Assembly (NCBI RefSeq): GCF_018350175.1
Contig: NC_058369.1
Location: 23,128,001 to 23,192,000, forward strand
Direction of reading: 5' to 3'
Origin: Felis catus
Taxonomy: Eukaryota
DNA: 64,000 nt
Each line of letters begins with the position of its first letter. Within the stretch, counting starts at the first letter, position 1. Shown here piece by piece: positions 50,125-63,553 of the stretch. The translations under genes were made by a program, and so were the position numbers. The notes under the pieces are model-generated. The model was not told the origin of the DNA. It was given only the letters and a program-made list of their open reading frames with translations, and made no database searches.

Positions 50125-53100
50125 AAAACATAATTGGAAAGTAATGCATAGGCATGTCTAATAGGGGATATTCTCTCTTGGGAGAAGAACAAGTATTTAT
50201 TTTGCCTTATTCTTGATACATTTCTGAACTTTTCAAACTCTGTGCAGTGAGCATGTATTTTTATAAGTAATTAGCTATATTTATAATAACAGTGAACTAA
50301 ATGCATTACTCATAAATACATTAAATGGACGAATAAGGCTTAGCCTAATAATTGTTTGGTAAACCTAACTCACTCCAGAAACATATAAAAAACTGGGAAA
50401 TCCAAACTCGGTTTTAAAAACACACATACAATTACATTGATTCTTGGTACAAACAGCTCTAAACAGAAGACGGACAGTTTATCAATGATGTGTTGTCTTA
50501 CATGGGACAATCTAAAAAGTGCCTTTGTTTATCAAAAACCTTCATTTTCTAACAGAAAGAAGTCATTTTTGATCTTTAGTCAAAGGCCCAGTCCATATCA
50601 GATACTTAGAGCAACACTGATCTGAGTCTGGGCAATCCAAGGAAATGCAGGTGCATGGTTGAACCCTGGGGGTTACCTACCCTCTACAAACCTCATTTGG
50701 AGGTGTTGCCTGTTCTACTCATGCTTCAGTCAGGGCTGATTCAAAGGAAAGACTCCCTTGGCTTTCAAAAGCGAAAAATGGAGCAGGTAAAGGTAACTTC
50801 TGCCCCGGTTGCTATTTGGAGAGTGCTGTTACTGCACAGTGCAGGCCTTAGTGGTGTGTGTGCATGACAGAATGGGGCCATTGCACGCTTATGGCAGAGG
50901 GAAGAGAGCCCAATTGTCCAAAGACCAGCTTCAGTGTCAGCTGAAGATGGAGGGGAGGCCCAGCCCTGTCAGTTCTGCCTGGGAACCTTGGGACCAGGAC
51001 ACCATCATCCTGAGCCTTGGTTTTCTCCTTGTCATGATGGGGTGAAAACATCCCCTTTGCAGGACTCTCCTGAGAAGCACATGAACGGTGCTTGCCAGGG
51101 GTATCCACGCTGACTACCCAACCAGAGGGCGGGCTGGCCATGGCAGAAGCAATACTATCCATTATGCTAGTAGTATACGTTGTTTAAGAGAGACAAATTT
51201 GACAAATAAAGCAGAAATGGCTTTGAAACCCCGATGTAATCTGATGTTCTAAAAACGAGCAAAAAAGTAGATATTTTTGTAAAGCCAAGAACCAAGAGAT
51301 GATTCAAAAATCCCTACTATCTCAATGTTTTCTAGCCCCAGACTTCATGTTTAGTGTCTTAGGAATTCAAATTCTTCTTTAAAAAAATTATCATGTATTT
51401 AAGGTATGTGAATGTTTTCTACTATTTATTTAAATCAAGCACAACTATAAAATAGGGCTGTCTTGAGATGCGGGTGGAAAAATACAAACTCTACTGACAG
51501 CATTGCTAAGATGAAACAGCCTTTTCTTTTGAAAATTGAAGAAACATCTGAGTAAAAACAATGTAATTTAAAAAATTGTTTTCATTAGAGTTGTTCTCAC
51601 CTCCTCAAGTATAGACACTCTTTTTCCTTCTACATAGAAAGGAAGGCAGATGATTGAGAAGAGCTATTTAAAAAAGCCAATGAAGTGGGCTATGGTGGCA
51701 TTAATGTCACCATAACTGACATTATGCTTCCTCTTCAAGAGAGGATATCACAGGACACCTGATGTTCTGATTTCCTTGCTTCTAGATGCCATTCCACAGG
51801 GCATACTTATTGACCCAAAGGTGATAATGAGCTCAAAGAATTGCTGTTGTGAGGTCTCCTCTGTACTTACTGGTAGATTTAGGACAACTGTATCTATCAC
51901 TTGACACACTAGATGTGTTTCTTGAAAGCAGCATATGAATGTACACTTTATAGGTCAAGGCCCTGGAAGAGAGAGTATCATTTAGGGGGCAGCTTCATGG
52001 AATACCTGAATGAAGGAAAGAATCAGCAGCCCAGAGAGTATGGACTAGATCAGAAAATCATTTATTTTCTGGTTGTGTTACTATGTTTCCATTAGTTCTG
52101 TAGGAAAGAGGAAGTGAGAGAGAAGGCCCAGTAAAGAACACCATTGCAACACAGGGTTAATGAAAGTCAATACAATTCAATTATTCATCTGGAAACCAAA
52201 TCTATGTCAAAATGTAAATCTAAGCCAAGTCTATATGAAATCAATGCCAAGCCACTGATGCTAACTTTCCTTGGTGGGTCCTCACAGGTAAGGATTTCCT
52301 GTGTGGCAGGTGTGGTACAAAAATGCCCTGTATCACTCAAGAGAAAAGACACACACACACATACACACTATACACTCATAGGCATAGCCTTCACTTTCTT
52401 TACTTTTTAGGGGCATAATGTTTTGATACCAACCATTACAATTTTTGCCTGCGGAATTTATCTACCTGTATTGTTTCTGCCCATAAAAATTGATTTTAAT
52501 TTTAATTTTAATTTTAATGAAACAACTGTCTTTTCAGTTTGTCTTTCTAAACTGAGTCACTTAGTTGGTCTGGTCATAGTTCAACTGCCTGATCCCTTTT
52601 CCACATTATTGGCCGGTCAGACCCCAGATTAGTGGATGTATATTCATTACAAACCCAAATGTAGCCCGGTTCCCTGAGAACTGCAGGGATGGCTCTATGC
52701 GAGCTTTCAGACAACTCATGCCAAAGGAGTCGACTGAAATGCCCTCTGGGGTAAACTGGAGCAGTTGTGCAATCCTGCACAGCAACACGACTAGCAAGTT
52801 CACAAACAGAAAGTTAGATGTTTATCCCTTCAAATTAACTGGAAGGATTTTGGAAAACCCAACCTAGTTTCATAAAGTAGAAAAATGTCAGGCAAAGGAC
52901 TAATGCCATGGTATGGATTTTCTTTTTCCAGAAATGACTCACAGAATTGAACCACTTGCTGAATCATGAACCCTTGTGCTTGGATTGGCCCCATCCATGT
53001 TTGCCCAGGCCTGGGACGCAATAGATCATTTGGAGGCTGGGTGCTTCTGAAGCATCTGTCTCCTTCTTCCCCAGCCCCTTCCTCCTGACAGTTTCCTTCC

Positions 53101-53349
53101 CAGTATGCTTCCTTCCTAACCTCCTTCAATGTTTACAATTACAATAACCGCCATCCCCAACAGCGTTCTGAGGCATTTTGTTTAGCTCTGAAAGTCGTGA
53201 TGTTCTGTCATGGGACAAAGGAGTAATGTTTTTCTATTGTGCTTATGCAATTGAAATGGAGAGATGGATGGAGTTCTAATTTAGTAGAGCAGTGGCTGAA
53301 TTCTGAAGAAGCTAATGAACTTCTCTCTCCCCTAGCCAAGAATGGTCCT

Positions 53350-53760
53350 TAGGAGAGCATTTGTTGGATGTGCCAGGCACTGTACTGGGTGCTTTAAATC
53401 TATAATTGCACTTATTCCTCCCAAGAACTATGGAGGGTATTCCTGCTTTAGTGATGATTAGTGTGGTTGCCTCTTTTATCGCACTCCAGTCTCCTTACGG
53501 CAAAACACAACCTTTGTCCTTTACAGAAAGGAAGTGGAGGGCACAGTGATTGGGACAGGGCCTCTAGCATCACCTGGGCCACAGCCTGAATCCCCATCCT
53601 GTTGCTCTCTGTGAACTGGTGCAAGGTACTTTGTGCCTTTATTTCTTCAGCTACAAAATGGGCATGGACACTTTGCAAGGTCTATGTCAGGGTTAAATTT
53701 AAGGCTATGTAAATATAAAAACATTTAAAGCAATGTTTGGTAATAGCAATCTGTGCTTGG
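53350..53760. mobile_element. Two MIR fragments in opposite orientation
   Basis: Minus: gagcatttgttggatgtgccaggcactgt...cctttacagaaaggaagtggagg. Plus: gcctttatttcttcagctacaaaatggg...aaacatttaaagcaatg. Confidence 0.55.
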
Positions 53761-53771
53761 CTATAGATATT

Positions 53772-53822
53772 GATGGATGGATGGATGAATGGATGGATGG
53801 ATGGATGGTTGGATGGAAGGAT
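53772..53822. repeat. (GATG)n tetranucleotide repeat
   Basis: Directly visible. Confidence 0.9.
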
Positions 53823-55549
53823 GTATAAATAAAAATGACTCCATAAGTTTAGGTAACCTGCTCTGGGATTTAATTCCAGGTGCATCTATAGCTCATTACT
53901 CCTCTCTGTGCTGCTTTCCAAGGAAGTCATAGTGTTCAACTAAGCTGTTACCAAAAAAAAAAGAAAACAAAAAAATATTTTCTTTTATCTCTGTGGCATT
54001 GGCTGGACATCACGAACATTCCGTCCCTACCAGTAGCAGCAGCAGCATGTAAGCAGCAGCTTCTCAGAACCTTCTCATAGTCTGTCACCACACTAGCACA
54101 GGCACAGTGCACAAGGATACTGAGCGAAGGAGCCATGAGCGAGCAGTGGCCACAGAATATAAAAGGACTGTCTTGTCCACATTCTGGTACCAATTCTCTG
54201 TGACTTCTTTTCCCCCTTGGACCTCGCTTATAAAATAAATAAAAGGGCAGGGTTGAAATAAATTCATTCTGGGATCATGTATGGAGCGCTTCTTATATAC
54301 CATATCTGTGCTGAATGCTGTGGATAAAAAGAGGAATCATTCCCAACTTCTGCCCTTGGAGTTTACAAGCTCTACCGAATTTTCAGTTTTTCTTCTAGCT
54401 ACAGTGTTCAGTAACTGCTGTATTAACAGTTTGCACAAATTTGGTCCTAGATGGTATCTTAGGTTGTAGAATAAATATGATTATCTTTGTAGTGAAGTTT
54501 GAGAACATCTGGTTCCCATTTCCACTTCGTTAGGGAGGGTTTTATGGAGGAAGCGACGTTTCAGGGGGTCTTTAAACAAGAGGAAGGTTTTATCCCAGGG
54601 GCCCAAAGCTCCAAGAGTTGACTGTATTTTCAGGCATCTATTTGGGAGGTGTCTAAACCACGTTTGTGAAAATATAAATGCTCAGCTATGGGGGGGCGGG
54701 GTCAGATATGTGTCAAAGCTTATCATGAATATTAGCCAAAACCCAGTGCCCTATGGTAATATTTATTGTCATTATTCTGGAGCATTCTTGAAATAAACGT
54801 GTTGTACCCTAATAAACAAAGCGGTTTCATAAAATAGCTTTCAGATACGTTGATGTGTAATATTCTCTTGCCCATGGGTTTACTTATATATGTGTCCCTG
54901 GCCAAAGACCACATCTTCCCTCTGTTTAGATATTTACTCATAAAACATATTCCTTGCTTAATTCCATATCTCAGAAATGTTGGGAAAAGAAGAAACAACA
55001 TAAAAATTTTCCCAAATAATAACAACTTTATTAGAAGACCATTATTTTGAGATTATCATACAGATGTTCCATCATTATCCAGCACTATCTCTCACAAAGT
55101 TGTCTTCAGGTTGTTAAAACAAGAAAGAGAGGACAAACAAATTCAACAATTGAGTTCATACAAGATGCAAAGTTTAAAGAGGGAAATCTGTTGACTTTTG
55201 TATTGAGACAACTTAAAGTGCAATAAATCTCATAAGAACTCAGGGTCTCCAAATCTCAGATGCAAGGAATAATGATTCAGTAAGAAGCAGAAATGTCTCG
55301 GCTAAAAGGAAAATGTCATTGGTGGAGCATTCTTGAGGACTGAGTGACTGCACTTTACCAAGACAATCGAATGCAAAGCGAGGGGAAATGTGACTTGGAA
55401 GATTGACTTATTTCTTTTTATTTTCCACTGCTACTTTTTTAATGCCTTATGTTATTTAGGATTCAGGCATCTTACAAAAATGTTGAAAGATGCCAGTGCA
55501 AAATGAGAATCTAAACAATGATTGGTGTTCTTAAAATTGTCTAGATTTT

Positions 55550-55762
55550 GGGGCGCCTGGGTGGCGCAGTCAGTTAAGCGTCCGACTTCAGCCAGGTCAC
55601 GATCTCGCGGTCCGGGAGTTCGAGCCCCGCGTCGGGCTCTGGGCTGATGATGGCTCAGAGCCTGGAGCCTGTTTCCGATTCTGTGTCTCCCTCTCTCTCT
55701 CTGCCCCTCCCCCATTCATGCTCTGTCTCTCTCTGTCCCAAAAATAAATAAACGTTGAAAAA
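55550..55762 (+). mobile_element. Very young felid SINE (SINEC_Fc type)
   Basis: CpG-intact body; perfect 17-bp TSD aaaattgtctagatttt (55533-55549 and 55763-55779). Confidence 0.97.
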
Positions 55763-58715
55763 AAAATTGTCTAGATTTTAAAAAGGAAGCAGTTCATAAG
55801 CATAGTATCATAAAAGGCAGACAGTTCATATCACTTACATTGAAAGAACCATTCCTTCAATTAAAAATAGTAATGCCTGCTTTTTGTAAACCTTTTACTA
55901 TATATAAAGAACATCTAAAATACTTATAATCAAGCATAATATGTTTAACCCAGAATATAAAAACTTTATTCTCATAGGATTTTCATGTCAGAGTGTTACC
56001 ATGGTTTGTTTAATGGAGTATTTTGATCTTTATAAAAAAGATTTGTTTGAATATGATTATTACTATTGTTACTATTATTTTAAGGCACTAATGTTCATTG
56101 CAAACATGCTGTTGAGTGATTTTATTTATAAAATGCTTTATGTATATGAAAATTCATGGGAATGTTCCTTTTATTAAAATTTTCAACCATACAAAGAAGA
56201 TATTTACAGAAAAAAAGATCAAAGATACATAGGTACAGCAAGGTGATTTAGAAATCTTGGCTTTATCACAGAAACAAGCTATTCTTTCTCTCTCTTCTCA
56301 TTTCAAAATGGCATTTTAGATTATTGAGCAATTGTAGTTTTAAATATGTATACATGTGTAAAGCCTCTCATTTAAAACTGGTCACTATTGAAACAGCCAG
56401 TAAATTTAATGACTATCACTAACAGCTGTGGAAATCTAAATAAGAGTAACATTCACGGAGTCAGATGATGTTAACATCAGCCAAACAGGTAATGCTGATA
56501 CTGTGCACCCTTTTCAGGCATAATATGCACCAATAGGGTTTAGTTTTCATGTTTCAGTGGGTTTCACTCATTCTTCCTCTGTAAAGTGTCTGCATCTCCA
56601 GCAGGAGGTGTGTATCCAGGACAGTAGTTAAGACCCATCATTGAGTGTGGCTCATACTAGATTTTTTCCCCCAATCTTAGTTCAATATTAGAGATAAGGG
56701 ATGCTGGGATGAGGGAAGGAATGGGAGAATTGGGGGAGGGGCCATAGGCAGGCATTGAAAGGGTAGGTATAGAGGACTTTTTGGTCTTGGAATAAAAAGG
56801 AAGGCCCAAGGATTTGTTTCTGTGGAGGGTCTCTACATGGCCACATATTCTGCTCACACATCCTTTTCTGGATCTGCGTTTCCCCGATTTCCTCCCTGGT
56901 GCTCTCACTAATTTGTACAAAGTGTTTTTCTGGTGGTTTTCTACTATCTACCCTCCCCTTGCTATGGAGTGTAAAAACTGAGGACATAGCTGCCGTCTGT
57001 TCCCATCTTGTTCCCATTGCCACCCATCATGTGCTACTGAAAGAGTGGCCCTTGGGGATTCCTAGGTCATTGGTAAACTTAAGCTCATGGAGAGAGGAGA
57101 GAGAAGACCTCCCCCTTCCTTCACTCCCTTGGCACATTATCAGATCCTATACACCTTAAAGAATCAATAGTTTGTCTTTTAAAATGTTTCATCTTCTATT
57201 TAAAGATGTACAAAGCTTTGTTTTTCCACCTTGGTACTATTTTTTTCCCTGTCAAGGTGGAGGTTATTAACAGAACCATGAGTTGAGACAGGCTATCTTT
57301 GCTTCCACTGGGTGGGGAACTAAGTGACATTGCCTGCCTTTTAAATACATTTTTATTGAAAGACTACACTCTGGAAATGGCTCATCTCCCAGGACGTTGT
57401 GCCTGTAATTCACCCTGACTGCCACTAGATGGTGGCAGTGTCCCTTCATGGAGTGCAAGTTGGTGTTCATCCCAGGTGTTGGAAGGAAGACACAGCAGAA
57501 ATGCAGCTGTGTACTCACAAATTATGTACACATATATAAAATGTCTATTATTAGGGTATACGTTTATATCAGGTACTCCATTAACATAGTCAATATGTTG
57601 ATTGGCTTTAATGAAAAAGAAAAACACAAACATAAGAAGGGCAAAGTATAGAAGAAATATAGTCTTTGAGAAGAGTTGGTGAGTTGGCCTTTGTTCTTGG
57701 CTTAGAGCCATTCTTTTCCTGAGCTGAGCTCCCCATTTCTGCATCACCTTCTGTTTGAGCCCAAGCCTCCAGGGCTGAGCAGCTATGTTAGGAGGCTGTG
57801 CTTGAAAACCACCTGGCAGCCCATTTGAGGACTGCCCTTCACTTGTTCAAATGCCTTATATGGCCCAATGTCCAGGTCTCCTCCTTCCTCTAGGGCTTGG
57901 CACTCACCCTCAGGGATCTCTAGCTGCAGGGGACTCAGAGTCCTGCCACTGATCCTGGCAAGCTTCCTGTGAGTGGAGACATAAAGAAGACAGCATAACA
58001 GGTGTCTTTCAAATGGATGCCCAGACATTCCTGGAGCCACAACTTGTCCCAATGGAAAGGGCCCTGCCAGGGCCCGGCAGTGCCTGCAACCTGCCTCCCT
58101 TCCTGTCCACTTTCTCAGTGGGTTCTTGCAACTCTGTCAAAGCAGACTCTGGTTCTGCAACTTCTCACGCAGGCTCTTTTCTCAAAGCAGGCAAACGTCT
58201 ATTTGTTATGAAAGTTTTACACAAAATCCCAATGACAATAGTTTTTATACCATCATAAAGAGTCATCATTTCCCCAGATGGCTACCCATTACTGCCTATT
58301 GCCATTCAGTATTTGGGTACTTTAGGGATACCTACATTTCCTCCCTTGTGGAAAGGACACACAGCCACTCATCATATTGGGACTATCGTTCCTTTGGCCA
58401 TTTCGGCCTCTGCAGTGTCTCCCTGTATGGGTTGTACAAGGTGCTTGGGACCACTTCACTGAGTATCTGTAGCTACCTAGGTTTTTCTCTAGTCAATATT
58501 GGCACTTGTGCAAGTCAGGATTCTTCTGTTATTAGAGTTACAAATCCAATCCATACTCACTTGGGCAAAAACAAAACATTGCCCCAGGGACCCCAGTAAT
58601 GGAAAATAGCATGAATGGGGTTGAGCTTAGGGATGAAGGCATCCAGGGACTGGTTCCCTCTCTCCTTGTCCCTCTTCCTTGCTCCCTCTCCCTCTCTGCC
58701 TCTCCTTCTCCCCCA

Positions 58716-58716
<1 letters not shown>

Positions 58717-58755
<39 letters not shown>
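58717..58755. repeat. (CA)19 microsatellite
   Basis: Directly visible. Confidence 0.95.
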
Positions 58756-58757
<2 letters not shown>

Positions 58758-58928
58758 CTCCTCCTGTCTCTAGGTTGACTTTATTTCTTTATTTTCTCAG
58801 TCCCTTCTCTATGGGGAAAGGACATGGTTGTCAGTCTTACATTCCTATAACTATCCACGAAGGGAAGTAGAGAGTTTCTCCTATTAGCTCCATGTTGGAG
58901 GAAAAAAAAAAAACCAGGTGGCCTGGGC

Positions 58929-58929
<1 letters not shown>

Positions 58930-58974
<45 letters not shown>

Positions 58975-58985
58975 GTGTGTGTGTA
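58930..58985. repeat. (TG)21 plus interrupted tail microsatellite
   Basis: Directly visible. Confidence 0.95.
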
Positions 58986-61272
58986 GTATCGTGGTTGGCT
59001 CAGCCTCGGTTCCATGCCCAGTGGCATGTAGGATGGGAGACATTAGTTGCCAAGAGAACCTTGTTGATGAAAGGGATGTAGAGGACTTCTCTAAAGAAAG
59101 GGAGTAGTATTTGAGGGGAGAAAAAGAAAAAAAAAAGTACTGGGCAGTTTTGAAAAATGTCTCCCCCTTCATTTTTCCACTGATACATATTCTTACAAAG
59201 CATCTGGATGAAACTGCTATGTAGCAGAGATTTGTGCCTGGTTTTGTTAAACTGAATTTCAGGAAGCATTCTGAATCTGTCACATAAACCCTGACAGACA
59301 TCAGTAAATGCTGGACATTTTTACTTCAGTCCAGGCTAGTCCTGAAGAAGATAGCTTCTCTGCTCACGCAATGAGACCCAGTGTGGCCACCTCAGCCAGC
59401 TCTTCTCCCACTGTCCCATTGCTTTTCTGTCTCTTCTGGAAGACTTAGGGTCCCTGGAGAGTAAGACCTCTATCTCATGCCTAGGTATCTTCCAGCACAT
59501 GGCATGGAACTTGGCCCATAAGCCAATGCTCAAGGAATGTTTATCAAGGGAATCAATGAGTAGACCAGCAGCGACAGCAATAGACCAGAACTCTGGTGGT
59601 TATTCTATCTGGGGCCACACCCAAGACTTGTCTGCACTGCCAGCTAGTGCCACTGGTAGGAAACTAATCAAGCATTAGTCGTAGAAGACTGGCATCACTA
59701 CATGTACCTCACACATGAATCCAAATGCATATTCATACGAGCCCACATGTATGATTAACTTGGGAAGCTGACAGGAAGCAGTCAATCTGTTGAGCAAGTT
59801 TGTGTTTTATAAACCAGATGTTCGGTATTATTATTCATCATTTCCTTTGATACCAGAACGGTCCCCATTATGTAGCATAGGAAATGAAGGATATGGAATA
59901 ATATACACTTATTATACAACAGAGCACCAAAACCAAGCATTTCAGAGGCCTGTTCAAAGCCTGGGCAAATGTAATTGAATGGGAGTTCATTTTAGGATTC
60001 CCACTTGGACTTGAGTTAATGGGATTTTTCCCAGATGGACCATGGTGACCTCTCTCTCCCGTTCCTACCCTTTGGAAAATGAATGTTGACTCTACATCTG
60101 CATTTTTCTTGGAAGCCATGTGTATGAATCATAAGCAGCTCTTGCCTCAGCAGCCACTACAGGTTACGGGGCCACAGAAAAGCAAGGACCCCCTAGTGTG
60201 TGGGGACAGAGGGTGTCTGGCTGTGGCTGGCTGCATAACTCCTGCTTGGTGGTCTGGACAAAAAGCGTTTGCCAATGGCTGCTATTTCCTATGGCAGGAC
60301 TATAGAATACCTTTCAATCATAAAGTGCTCACAGCACAAATTAACTTTCTTCTCCATGACAGTTTAAGATTCGCAGACCCCAGATCTGTGGAGACTGGAG
60401 AGATGGAGCTGGTGGGTGCAGAGGAACATCTTAGTGTCATGCATGTGATATTTTCAGGCCCCGCCAGCCTTTGTGGCCACACTGGTGACCTATATACATC
60501 AAGTAGACTACAGTTTAGGGTTCTGGCTAAGCCAGTCCAAATCTGGGCCATAACTACACCGGGGAGAGAGTACATATGCTCACAGATAGTGGCTAGACTG
60601 AGATCACTGCATTTCCTTTGTTTGCCAGGGTTTGGTTAAAAAATGAATGGTTTTTCACATGCAACATTATGGGGATTTTTTTTAAGGTAATGACAGGCCG
60701 TCATTACTTTTAGAATTAGCCTCTGAGTGACGCTGATACTGTATTCTGACTTAATATTTTGAAGTTAGTTTCCCACGATCTTGTATTTGTGCCAGAACAA
60801 TTACCAGTGATTTATAACTGATTTTTACTGGTTGCAGGAAAAAGCTTCATTTCTCATTATTGTCAGTGGTGTGTTTTGATTTCATCCATGATACATGTTG
60901 GCATCATTTGAAATTTTGATTTGAATTGCAAAGTGGAAGTGGCCCAGGGTTATGGATCAGCTCAAATCAGTTTTCTGTATAGCATTAAGGATTAATCAAG
61001 GAGGAGGAATATGGGAGATCTCTGATTCTAAGAGAGATGTTTATAGTGTGTTGGTTCTGCCTTTGAAAATGGCCTTCCATACCCCCAGTGGTGGCCATAG
61101 ATACTTTAAGTATTTTTAGCAAGATGTTGGAACCATGTTTTCACAAACTGTCATTACCATCTCATGGTCAATATTATTTAGTTAATAATATTATGATATA
61201 GTAGTAAGTTTGTTTTCTTATTCTCACACCCAAATTAGGCTGCCCCAAATAATAGATTACATGATTACCATG

Positions 61273-61311
61273 TGTATCAGTCAGGGGTTTCCAGAGAAAT
61301 AGAACCATAGG

Positions 61312-61357
<46 letters not shown>

Positions 61358-61749
61358 TTATTTTTTCTATATGTAGGATATATATCATCTGTATGGGGGG
61401 GGGAGAGATTTATTGTAAGGAATTTCCTTGCACAATAGTGGGGGCTGGCATATCTGAAATCTGTAGGATGGTTGGCAGGCTGGAGATTCTGGCAGGAGGG
61501 GCTGGGGCAGTCTTGCATCCGAAGGTAGTAGGCAAGCAGAATTCTTCCTTACATGAGGGACTTGTTTTTTCTCCTAAGATCTTGACCTGATGGATGAGAC
61601 ATACCCACAGGATGAAGGGTAATCTGCTTTATCAGAGTTTGCTTAATCGCATCTAAAAAATGTATTCATGGCAACATTTAGACTGGTGTTTGACCAAAAT
61701 AATGGGCACTGTGGACTAGCCAAGTTGACACATAAAATTAACCATCACA
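61273..61749 (-). mobile_element. ERVL solo LTR (MLT2B/C/D-like) containing (GATA)11 at 61313-61356
   Basis: tgtatcagtcaggggtttccagagaaatagaacca ... ctagccaagttgacacataaaattaaccatcaca; 5-bp TSD ccatg/ccagg. Confidence 0.9.
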
Positions 61750-61934
61750 CCAGGAATTCCTAGTCCTTGAGCGAACATGAGATTCTTGCCTCATCTCGCA
61801 ATGGAGGAATACAGGTCCCACCTTGGAGATGTAAACCCAGAACATGGCCCCATATGTCTCTGTTAGGAGCTCTTCTCTACTCCTACAGGCTTCTCTTTGG
61901 CTATCATGAGTATTGATGGTAAAAAGGATTGCCC

Positions 61935-62085
61935 TATAATAATGCTCCTTGAATTTTCATGTGGATACCAATTATCAAAATAAGGATTCAGATTCAGAGG
62001 GTCTGGAGTGGGGCTCAGGATTATTCATTTCTAAGACACTAATTCTGCTGATATTCTGTGAACCACACTGCAAATACTGAGACCC
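61935..62085. mobile_element. MER5-like hAT MITE
   Basis: attcagattcagagggtctggagtggggctcaggattattcatttcta...gaaccacact. Confidence 0.55.
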
Positions 62086-63481
62086 TATAGCTCAAGGAAT
62101 CTATTGGAAGAACAAGACTGGTGGAAGATGGACTGAGTTTAATGACCTTTTCTCCAAAGGCCAGCCAGTCCATGGAGACCTCAGTCCATGGGAACCCCTA
62201 GATTTTAGAATCTTCTCCATAAATGCCTCTTCCCAAGAAGATTGAGGGAATAATACCTGATTTTTCTATGGAACTAAGCTGTGGAGAAGTACACATCAGA
62301 AAGCACCGTAAACTGAAGATAGTGGATTCTCGTTCACAGATTGCTTCATTTGAGGCTAGAATGGACTGCGAAACCAGAAGGGATCTTTCTCCCACCAGAC
62401 TTTTCCATCCTAATTTTGGTCCCTGTCAGAAGTGTCACATGCCTTGATCTCACTTTGGACTCTGCTACTTACTAGCCATGTGACCTTCAGACAGGGAAAA
62501 GAAACCAGCATCCTTCGAGCATGTCCTTATGCCAGGTACAATGCTGGGAAGTTTCATATTTTATCATCATGGCAACAATGCTGGGGAATAATTGGCATTA
62601 TTTCATATGAGGACATGGAGGCTTAACAAATACAGTTAATAAAGGTTCAAAGCTGAGAATTAAAACCAGGGTTGTTTTGGACCAATGCCTACTGTGTTCC
62701 AGGACTCTGTTTCCCCATCTGTTATTAAGGCAGGGTAAGGGTTTCTGCCTGCCTCCCAACATGATGTGAAAAGCAGATGTGACGGTGGGTCTCAATCATT
62801 TGTATGCACTTCAGATGGTCACAGAAGTGTATTGTTTGCCGTATTTCAAGGGTTGTTATTTCAGGAGAAATGTTAGCCTCTTAGCAGTGATTTGAGAGAT
62901 CAGATGATCAAGTTATGTTTGTGTTTTGGTTTTGTTTTGTTTTCTGTCTGGGACTGGCACACAGAGATGTGTAGAGCTACCAAAAGGCCTTGACTTGGCT
63001 ACCTTGGGGGGAATAAATGATTCCAGATTCCATTGTTTCCAGCAGGGGCAACTCATAAAACCCTTATGCTCGTGTTTTCTGATCCTCAATTTTCAGATTA
63101 AGGAGAAGCATTCATATTGCACATATTGCACATAAACGTCTGCAGTATAAAAGAATAAAATCAATCTGTGGTAATAAAATGAAATGAATCACTATGATCC
63201 AAACAAGGCTTTATTTGAACCCAAATGGCTGAATACGGTAATAGATATCTGGACTGATCGATGGCAACTGACTTTGTTTCTGCAGCCATGGACTGGGATC
63301 CTTATCTCTGAGTCAGAGTAGAGAGATGTTACATTCTCTTCTAGGCTACTGGCTTGAGTGGGCACTGGTCCATTCCCAGTGGCCCCTGGTCAGGAAAGGA
63401 TGAGACGGTCGAGGGCCATGGCCTCCAGCCATCTGTGGTTTCCAGATCATTCCCAGGTAACTGGCTTTTCTCTCCACCTAG

Positions 63482-63553
63482 CTTGCCGATGATCAGGGCC
63501 TCGTCCTGATGACCACGGTCGCCATGCCTGTGTTTAGTAAGCAGAACGAAACT
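63482..63553 (+). CDS. CACNA2D3: CACNA2D3 72-nt internal exon, phase 0/0, encoding LADDQGLVLMTTVAMPVFSKQNET (dCache region after the VWA domain)
   Basis: Seen: ctggcttttctctccacctAG|CTTGCC...GAAACT|GTGAGT; 24 open codons; 5 CpGs in 72 nt against a CpG-poor background; ends in an N-E-T sequon. Peptide recognised as alpha2delta-3 (MTTVAMPVFSKQNET, followed by RSKGILLGVVGTD in the next exon). Confidence 0.96.

Larger units (their letters stand above)
44121..63481 (+). other. CACNA2D3: Complete 19.4-kb GT-AG CACNA2D3 intron
   Basis: GTAAAC donor at 44121 and TAG acceptor ending 63481; likely branch point GGTAAC at about 63456-63461. Confidence 0.9.

Noticed and set aside
60079..60639. Longest ORF in the track (186 aa, + strand)
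   Set aside because: No recognisable domain, not alpha2delta-3 sequence, no convincing splice or promoter context; a plausible chance ORF.
63446..63456. Apparent 11-nt mini-exon cAG|ATCATTCCCAG|GTAAC just before the real exon
   Set aside because: It would leave a 25-nt intron, too short to splice; GGTAAC is better explained as the branch point.
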